A DNA stretch of 64,000 nucleotides from Octopus vulgaris (taxonomy: Eukaryota): the NCBI GenBank assembly GCA_951406725.2, contig OX597840.1, forward strand, positions 40,052,001 through 40,116,000, written 5' to 3'. Positions within the stretch are counted from its first letter, which is position 1. Each line of letters begins with the position of its first letter. The notes under the pieces are model-generated. The model had not been told where the DNA came from, ran no database searches, and saw only the letters and a list, made by a program, of their open reading frames with translations. Both the position numbers and the translations under genes were made by a program. This document shows positions 54,316-64,000 of this stretch, piece after piece.

Positions 54316-54361
54316 CTAATGAGATTCAGTAAGGCGCCGTGTTGACTGGATGATTGATAAG

Positions 54362-54770
54362 CGGGGAGTGGGAGAAAGTGAGGTGGAGAGGAATTAGGGG
54401 AAAAGGAGAGGAAGGTGTTTTAGAGACAGGGAGGTGTTTTAGAGAGAGAGACAGGGATAGTGAGAGATGAGGAGACGGAGGGGAGGGTTAAGGGGAGTTT
54501 GGAGAAACAGGGAGAGACTCAGGCAGAGAAGAGGAAAGGAGGGGTTGGAGAGATGGTGTGAGAGAGGGACAGAGACAGAAAGATAGCGGCAGAGCGAAAG
54601 ATGGAGAAAATGGGGTAGAGTCAGAGACAGTGAGGAAGTTAATGAGAGAGAATGAGAGAGAGAGAGAGAGAAAGAAAGAAAGAATGAAAGAAAGAAAAAA
54701 AAGAAAGAAAGTTGGGAGAGAGAGAAAGAGTCTCAGAAAGAAAAAAATTAATGAACGAAAGAATGAAAGA
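54362..54770. repeat. Polypurine (GA-rich) tract
   Basis: Direct read. Confidence 0.85.
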
Positions 54771-54850
54771 TATATATATATATATATATTTCGTTTTAGT
54801 ATATATACACATATATATATATATATTATATATATAAATATCTATAAATA

Positions 54851-54900
<50 letters not shown>

Positions 54901-54902
54901 TA

Positions 54903-54949
<47 letters not shown>

Positions 54950-55389
54950 TACATATACACACAGAGAGAGAGGGGGAGAGACGAGGAACTTATGTTAACT
55001 TCTCACTTCGAATGAGGTACATAAAGCCAAAAAAACGTATTTGTTGATGATCTTGTTGTTGTTGTTCATATATCGTTTGCGCAGTTGTTTTTCTTGTTGC
55101 TGTTGTTAGTGCTGCTGCGTCTGTTGTAATCGTTCTCGTCACCGCCGTCGTTGTAATCATCGTTGTTGTTGTTGTTGTTGCTGCTGCTGTTGATACGGTT
55201 GTTGTTTGTGCTTCAACTCACATCTAACTGAGCAGACATTTGATACAAAAAAAAGCCTTTCAGCCGTGGCCATCACGTCTGTTCAGAGGACATTTCTGGC
55301 GTTCCTTATCCAATGATTTCTCCCTTTTCATATTAGATAACGAATTACGATCTGACTGTTATGTCTAGCAGCTTCTGTGACAACATAAT

Positions 55390-55948
55390 CTCCCCGCCTC
55401 CTTCTCCCCCTCCTCTCCTCTACTCCCTACTCCCCATTCTCATCCTTTCTATCGCTTTCTTCTCCTGCTCCACCACACCTTTCTCTCGTCCTTCGCCTCC
55501 GTTCCCCTCTCCTTCTTTCCTACTGTACCTCCTACACATCATTCTCCACCTCTTCCTTCTTTTCTTCAACGCCATCTTCCTCTTTTTCTTCCTCTTCTCC
55601 TTCTTCTTCCCACTTTTTTCTTCTTCTTCTTCTCATTGCTTCCTTCTTTTTTCTTCTCCTCCTTTTCTTCTTATTTTTCTCCTAGTCATTCGTCTTCTCT
55701 TCTTTTCCTTCCCTTCCTTCTTTTCCTTCTCCTCCTCCTTTCCTTTATTTTCCTCCACACCAACTTCTTCTTCTTCATCTTCTCTACCTTTTTATTTTCC
55801 TCCTCTTCATTCTTCTCTTTCCTCTCCTTCCTCTTCCTCTTCTTCTTGTTTTTCTTCTTTTCCTTCTTCTCTTATTTTCCTCCTCATCAATCTTCTTCTT
55901 CTTCTCTTCCTTCTCCTCGTCATTCTTCTTCTTGTACTACTTCCTTTT
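55390..55948. repeat. Polypyrimidine (CTT/CCT)n degenerate tract
   Basis: Direct read. A second CT-rich tract lies at 57310-57890. Confidence 0.9.
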
Positions 55949-56407
55949 AAAATATTTTAATTTTCGGATTTTTTTAATATGCTAGGCCACTGGTTTTAAT
56001 TGATTATTATCAATTTCTACCCTTATTCAATTTTAAATAATTAAAAAATGTTCTCTAACCGGTAAATTGACTGGTGTAGTTTATTAACTGCAGAGTAATT
56101 TCCGATCTCAGCGCGCCAAACTGAACGTATTTGAAAGATACACATAAATATAAATTGTAGAACTTTGTACAGCGCTGGATTTCGGTTGAGCGTTCTGTAT
56201 CTAGTTCTGGAAATTATGTTTTATAAACGACAGACTATGCTGATGATCTTGCAGATGTTTACGTGTCCATATATATAAATATTAACAAGTGAAACTAATT
56301 AGTAAATAGGTAATCATTTTTTATTTCGTATATTTTCATTTGTCTTGCTTATTTTTTACACTTTGGTTCTTTGCTGAGTTTTTTCTTGAGAACACATTCT
56401 TCGTGGA

Positions 56408-56449
<42 letters not shown>

Positions 56450-56543
56450 ATATATATATATATATTGGTAAAAACGGTAAGATAACAAAAGAAAGAAAGA
56501 GACCTCAATATTATGTAAATAGAGGAAATTTATCTATACAATA

Positions 56544-56872
<329 letters not shown>

Positions 56873-57072
56873 ATGTGAAGCAGATGTACACGAAGTTTAC
56901 GGTGCTATGTAGAGCTTCACTAAACTATTCCGTAAACTTACCGGCTGCTATTTCTAGCAATGATCGTACTTCGTTTACATCTACTTTATATAATAGATAA
57001 TTCTACCTATATGGTGCTTTATCCTTGTTGGATATTAATATTATTTTAGTAATATTTATAGTTTCATGTGTA

Positions 57073-57113
<41 letters not shown>

Positions 57114-57115
<2 letters not shown>

Positions 57116-57272
57116 GGCTTCTTTCAGTTTCTGTCTTCCAGATTCACTCACAATGCTTTGATTGGCTCGAGGCTACAGTAGAAGAGCGCTGCCCAAAATT
57201 TCACGCAGTGGGACTAGACCCGGAACCATGTGGTTGGCAAGCAAACTTTTTACCTCACAGCCATGCTTGTGC
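57114..57272 (-). mobile_element. SINE family A head
   Basis: gggcttctttcagtttc...cacgcagtgggactagacccggaaccatgtggttgg...cacagccatgc. Confidence 0.8.
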
Positions 57273-57658
57273 TTGAATGTAACAATCGACGATTTTATTT
57301 CAAATTTCATTTCATTTTTCTTTCTCTAAAAATTCTCTCTCTTTTTTCTCTTCCTGTGTCTTTCTCCAGCTTCGTTCTCTTTCTTTCTCTCTCTCTTTCT
57401 ATCATTCCTTCTTAGTCTTTCTCCTACATTCTATCTTCCTTTTTCTTTCTCTCCTTTTTCTCTCTTTCTTTTTCTATCTGTGCCTCTCTCTCTCTTTCTC
57501 TCCTTCTTTCTCTTCCCCTCTCTCTCACACACACCTCTCTCTCCTTCTCTCTCTGTCTTTTCCGTCTTTCTCCCACTCGTTCTCTTTCTTTCTCTCTCAC
57601 TTTCTCCCCCATATTCCTTAATATAAACTTATTCTTTCTCCCCCACTCTCTCTCTCTC

Positions 57659-57708
<50 letters not shown>

Positions 57709-58003
57709 TATACATATATATATATTAATTCAGTTCCTTTGTTTCATTCCCCTAACGCCTCCTCTATCTCTCTTTCTCTCTCTCTCTTTCTCTTTCTTAA
57801 TTTAACTCCTTCCTTTCTTCCTCTTATCTTTTATTCCATACCTATGTCTTCTTCTTCTTCTTCTTCTTGTGGTTTCTCTTTATTTTTTTTTCAAATTTCT
57901 ACCAGATTCCATTCCAAAGATTCTTTCATCTTTTAATGGACATGTTACTTCCATTAAATATCACAATAACATCTAATATAACACTTTCTTCATGTTCTTG
58001 CGG

Positions 58004-58353
58004 TTGTTGTTGTTGTTGCTTTTGCTACTGCTGCTGCTGTTGCTGTTGATGATGATGATGACAATGATGATGGTGGTGGTGGTGGTGGTGGTGGTGGTGG
58101 TGGTGGTGGTGGTGGTGGTGGTGGCGGTGGCTGTGGTGGGTGTGGAGTGTAGTTAATGTTTCTCCCTTATCATGACACCATCAACTACCAACAAAAACAA
58201 AACCACCAACCAACACCAGTAATACCAACAGCAATATTACCACCACCGCCACCACCGCCATCACCACTACTAACATTACTACTACTCCTACTACCACTAC
58301 TACTATCACTACTGCTACTACTACTACTACTAATAATAATAATAATAATAATC

Positions 58354-58393
<40 letters not shown>

Positions 58394-58619
58394 TAATAAT
58401 AATAATAAAAATAATAATAATATTAATAATGATAATAATGATAATGATGATGATAATAATAATAATAATAACAATGAAGATGATGATGATGATGATGATG
58501 ATAATAATAATAATGATAATAATAATAATAATAATGATGATGATGATGATAATAATGATAATGATAATAATGATAATAATAATAATAACAACAACAACAA
58601 TGATAATAATAATAATAAA

Positions 58620-58689
<70 letters not shown>

Positions 58690-58690
58690 T
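58004..58690. repeat. Compound trinucleotide field (GTT, GCT, GAT, GGT, CCA, CTA, AAT)
   Basis: Direct read. Confidence 0.9.
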
Positions 58691-59009
58691 TAAGTTACAA
58701 GATAAGTCATACTGAAGATGTCTAAGAAGAATGAAATAACACTATTCATGTTTGCAACAGAAGCTGTAAGACCTTTATAATAGATGTAAGTGCAGGCGTG
58801 GCTCTGTGTATAGACGTAGGCTTTGGTCTGTGATTAGAAGTTTGCGTCCCAGCCAGATGGTTCCATGTTCAGTCCTACTGCGTGACAACTTGCGCGAACG
58901 CTTTCTACTGCAGCCCTGGGCCGAGCCGACCAAGGCCTTGTAAGAGGATATAGATGATGGAAACTGAAAGATGTCGTATATGTGTGGGTGGGTGTGTATT
59001 GGTTGCCAC

Positions 59010-59348
<339 letters not shown>

Positions 59349-59514
59349 AAGATAAAGGGTGAAATATAATTAATTTAATAAAATCAACAAATTTCACCAA
59401 GTAGTATTTCGGTATGGAAAAGGACCATATTCGCTAAAATTATATCTAATTATAACAATGAGGGTCTTAGCAACAAGTTGCTAGACCACATACCGAATAA
59501 TTATAATTTATATG

Positions 59515-59588
<74 letters not shown>

Positions 59589-59741
59589 TTTTTTTGATTT
59601 GAAAACCCCACTAGAATGGGAGAAAGCGCTAATGATCTGAATGATATGATCTGATTGATATGATATATATATGTAAAAAATGTAATATATAAATAAATAT
59701 CTGTAAATATGAACCATCCGATCTTCTGATTACCTCATTTC

Positions 59742-59864
<123 letters not shown>

Positions 59865-59868
59865 TATT

Positions 59869-59906
<38 letters not shown>

Positions 59907-59967
59907 GATATATAGATAGATAGATATATATATATACATATCTATATATATATATATATATATATAC

Positions 59968-60068
<101 letters not shown>

Positions 60069-60592
60069 CAGACACACAGACAGATAGATAGATAATAACG
60101 AAGGCGGCTATACACAATATAAAGCCAAAAAGGACAAATTCAATTTGACGGTGCAGGGTAGTAGCTGCATTGCTTGAAATAGGAGTTAAAAACACTTATA
60201 GCGCCGCGAAAAAGCATGTGTCTATGCACTGACAGAGGAGATAACCGCCCCACAGGAAGCGAGATCAACACATATATATTGGTGGAGGGGGAATCGATTT
60301 GTTCCTATCAGTTCCTATCAATCCTATCAGTGAAACAAATAGAAGGGTATATATATTTTGACGATACATTATGCTGAAAATATTTAAGAAGGAACACTGC
60401 AACTAACCAGAAATTGTAAGACTTCCATAAGGGATAGAAAAAAATAATTACATTTGTGAAATCTATGCACCTTCTTGTATTCCTTCGTTTCAGCTTAACA
60501 TTTCTAATCCCACCTCATAATGTAAGCGGAGATAATCTGCCTTATAGTAACGGCTTTTCGAAGATGGATCACATGTCCTAGGTTTAAAGTAT

Positions 60593-60744
<152 letters not shown>

Positions 60745-60963
60745 AACACACACATTAATATACCGATGCTCGAGATCTCATACGCAAGTATGTTTTACAT
60801 CATAACAATATAACCTTTTATAATATATAGTAATAAAGTATATAATATTGTACAAGGTATACATTTCTGCATATATATATAAATGTATGTGTATACATAT
60901 ATATGTATATATATATAAATAAATATATATATGTATGTGTATATACCTATATATATTTATATA

Positions 60964-61024
<61 letters not shown>

Positions 61025-61030
<6 letters not shown>

Positions 61031-61295
61031 CAAATGAAATAAAAAACAGAACACAAAGGATGTCGCGGCACAGGTGTTTCGAGCTTTATAAAACAACTTA
61101 GTCTTACATCAATGTATAATCGACATATCAGATGGTTTAAAGCCCTCTTCAGCCGCATGCAATTGCTACACCAAAGACTTTAAACCATCTGTTATGTCGA
61201 TTATACATTGATGTAAGAATAAGTTGTTTTATAAAGCTCGAAACACGTGTACCGCGTCAGCCTTTGTGTTCTGTTTTTTATTTCATTTGATACAT
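61025..61295. ncRNA. Inverted repeat (~118-bp arms) carrying a long-stem-II hammerhead ribozyme (61065-61156, minus strand)
   Basis: Minus arm: GCGG-CUGAAGA-GGGCUUUA...UAAAGCUC-GAA-ACAC-CUGU-G-CCGC. The plus arm keeps an intact GAA-ACAC/GUGU-A-CCGC at 61240-61255 but lacks the CUGAAGA box. Confidence 0.7.
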
Positions 61296-61362
61296 ATATC
61301 CTCTCACCTCTGCTACTATCTGGCATATACAGGTGCTTATACTTATCAAGCATTCACCCTGA

Positions 61363-61405
<43 letters not shown>

Positions 61406-61415
<10 letters not shown>

Positions 61416-61492
61416 GTATAGTAAAGAATGGAGCTGAACGAAAATTTAACAAACTTTCGTTCAGCTCCATTCTTTACTATACTTAATATATA
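61406..61492. repeat. Perfect inverted repeat, 38-bp arms, 11-nt spacer, abutting (TA)n
   Basis: tatatattaagtatagtaaagaatggagctgaacgaaa / tttcgttcagctccattctttactatacttaatatata. Confidence 0.92.
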
Positions 61493-61638
61493 AAACTTCA
61501 AATTTCCGCACTAAGGCACGGATTTTATGCCCCATGGTCGTAACTTCAACCGTGCTCTTTCTGTTGTGATTTTTGCTACCCAAGTATCGGTTATCATTTG
61601 AATTATCCGTAATAAGATAATTCATTTATCTACTTCAA

Positions 61639-61709
<71 letters not shown>

Positions 61710-62349
61710 GTACATTTGAAAACTGGTAGGATAAACAATCGAAACCAGGCGATCTATTTTGTGCACCGAGTCATCGCTTCCCTTATTCCACTGCTTGCCA
61801 AAAGCTCTCCCCAAATCGAACGATCGCTAGCGCTTCTGAGAATCCGAAAAATTGAGAGTAAGTTTCCAATGCTAGTCCCATAACTCTGTTAAACGCAGAT
61901 TTCAAGGTTTTTTCCATGGTTTTAACGAAGAATTTGACGTTATGGGCAAACATGCGTCATCTTAAATACATCTCTCAACGACAAATATTCACCTCATGCG
62001 TTATAAGTTAGTGTAGGTGGTCAGGGAAAATTGCGAATGTGCGGGTCTAATCGACTTAGATTCATGGAAACCTTACGATAGGGTTGATGTCTAATATTTG
62101 GCGGTTGTGTTCACTGCAGCTGGTTGCAGTTCACTGTTGGATTACCGCATTATCGACAATTTTTAGTGGTTAGTGAAAAGGCCACGTACCGTAACAATTC
62201 ATCGTCAAGTACTCAGTCTGTCAGACTTGTCAGCTCACGGCTTATCAACCAACAAACCTTTCAGACGAAACAGCAGCAGCAGCAGTAGCAGCAACAGCAC
62301 TTGCAGCAGTAGTAGTGAAACAGAAGGGCCAATATGCTCACATCCCCAA

Positions 62350-63336
62350 TGCGGCGAGCTGGCAGAAACGTTAAGCGCGCCGGGCGAAACGTTAAGCGAA
62401 ACGTCAAGCGCGCCGGGCGAAATGCGTAGCTGTGTTTCGTCTGTCTTCATGTTCTGAGTTCCAATTCCGCCGAGGTCGACTTTGCCTTTCATCCTTTCAC
62501 GGTCGATTAAATAAGTACCAGTTACGCACTGTGTTCGGTATAATCGACTTAATCCCTTTGTCTGTCCTTGTTTGTCTTCTCTGTGTTTAGCCCCTTGTGG
62601 GTAGTAAAGAAATAGGTATTTCATCTGCCGCTACGTTCTAAGTTCAAATTCCACCGAGGTCGACTTTGCCTTTCATACTTTCGTGGTCGATTAAATAAGT
62701 ACCAGTTACACACTGGGGTCGATAATCGACTTAATCCGTTTATTTGTCCTTGTTTGTCCTCTCTGTGTTTAGCCCCTTCTGGGTAGTAAAGAAATAGGTA
62801 TTTCGTCTGCCGCTACGTTCTAAGTTCAAATTCCACCGAGGTCGACTTTGCCTTTCATACTTTCGTGGTCGATTAAATAAGTACCAGTTACACACTGGGG
62901 TCGATAATCGACTTTATCCGTTTATTTGTCCTTGTTTGTCCTCTCTGTGTTTAGCCCCTTGTGGGTAGTAAAGAAATAGGTATTTCGTCTGCCGCTACGT
63001 TCTAGTTCAAATTCCACCGAGGTCGACTTTGCCTTTCATCCTTTCGTGGTCGATTAAATAAGTACCAGTTACACACTGGGGTCGATAAATCGACTTAATC
63101 CGTTTATTTGTCCTTGTTTGTCCTCTCTGTGTTTAGCCCCTTGCGGGTAGTAAAGAAATAGAAATAGGTATTTCGTCTGTCTTTACGTTCTGAGTTCAAA
63201 TTCCACCGAAGTCGACGTTGCTTTTCATCCTTTCGGGGTCGATAGATTAAGTACCAGTTGCGTACTGGGGTAGATCTAATCGACTGGCCGCCTCACTCCC
63301 GAAAAATTTCGTGTCTTGTGCATAGAGTAGAAAAGA
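62350..63336 (+). mobile_element. SINE family C array: head, four young-tail units and a terminal older-tail body, TSD-flanked
   Basis: TSD aatatg(c/t)tcacatccc at 62331-62346 and 63336-63351. The head has local slippage duplications (gaaacgttaagcg). Confidence 0.9.
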
Positions 63337-63423
63337 ATATGTTCACATCCCGTCCGTGGTAGACGCCGTTCCACAGAAATCTCAGAAGGCACGTGCGGTT
63401 AGTCGTCGAATAAAACTTACACA

Positions 63424-64000
63424 TTTTGTTGTGTCTGGGGAGAGTCATTTTCTTTTTGTGCCTTATAATGTAACACACATACATTGAAAAGGTAGCAAGA
63501 CGCAACGGAAATTTTAGGGAAATAAAAATAAAAAATGAGTAGAAATTTTACTGTGAGTGTATTACATTATCACCGTCACCGTGACCGACCAGGGTATCAG
63601 ATGTTGCCTCACATCGCTGGTCACAATGCGCTTTGCATTGTTTTAGCCTTCAAATGACGCCACCCTGCTGGCTAAGCGAGCAGGCCAACAGAAGAAAGAG
63701 TGAGAGAAAGTTGTGGCGAAAGAGTACAGCAGGGTTCACTACCACCCCCTGCTGGAACCTCGTGGAGCTTTAGGTGTTTTCGCTCAATAAACACTCACAA
63801 CGCCCGGTCTGGGAATCGAAACCGCAATCCTCCGACCGCGAGTCCGCTGCCCTAACCACTGGGCAATTGTGCCTCCGTATTACATTATAAGACACAAAAA
63901 GAAAATGACTCTTCCCAGGCACAACAAAATATGCTTCAACACACGAACTCACATAAAGAATCTAGCAAACCAAATCCAAAAACAAAAACTTACACAATTT
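63424..64000. mobile_element. Foldback/MITE-like element (arms 63424-63472 and 63881-64000), same family as 24380-24546
   Basis: ttttgttgtgtctggggagagtcattttctttttgtgccttataatgtaa and its inverted copy. The right arm aligns with 24380-24490. Confidence 0.8.
63568..63876 (-). mobile_element. SINE family B (head type 1, tail type 3) nested between foldback arms
   Basis: Head ggaggcacaattgcccagtggttagggcagcggactcgcggtcggagg. The tail ...gcattgtgaccagcgatgtg...ggtcggtcacggtgacggtga differs from tails 1 and 2. Confidence 0.88.

Noticed and set aside
55361-55960. Hydrophobic Phe/Ser/Leu/Pro ORF as a membrane protein
   Set aside because: Its composition is dictated by the polypyrimidine tract.
61512-61531. 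miR-124-like sequence TAAGGCACG...ATGCC
   Set aside because: Only the first 9 nt and last 5 nt match, the middle differs, and there is no precursor hairpin with a star arm.

Overview
This is AT-rich, microsatellite-saturated animal DNA. The SINE families and TA/TAA/TAGA landscape look like an octopus-type (coleoid cephalopod) intergenic or intronic region; that assignment is inference. No host protein-coding exon is supportable, and almost all listed ORFs are microsatellite translations. The only real coding remnants are transposon-derived: an R4/Dong-type restriction-like endonuclease inside (TAA)n, a CR1-group LINE 3' end, a decayed RTE-type RT and a hAT transposase C-terminus. Three tRNA-derived SINE superfamilies are abundant. 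Two systems stand out. (1) At least five unrelated short, microsatellite-flanked elements, probably Penelope-like relics, fold by eye into minimal type I hammerhead ribozymes. Several sit in head-to-head palindromes that encode a ribozyme on each strand, and three families share a non-canonical CCGAnGA core. (2) One SINE builds head-less ~183-bp tandem arrays, apparently by inserting at a GGTAT site inside its own family; target-site duplications and host-specific duplicated bases are visible. All folds and alignments were done by eye, and coordinates of repeat ends are approximate.
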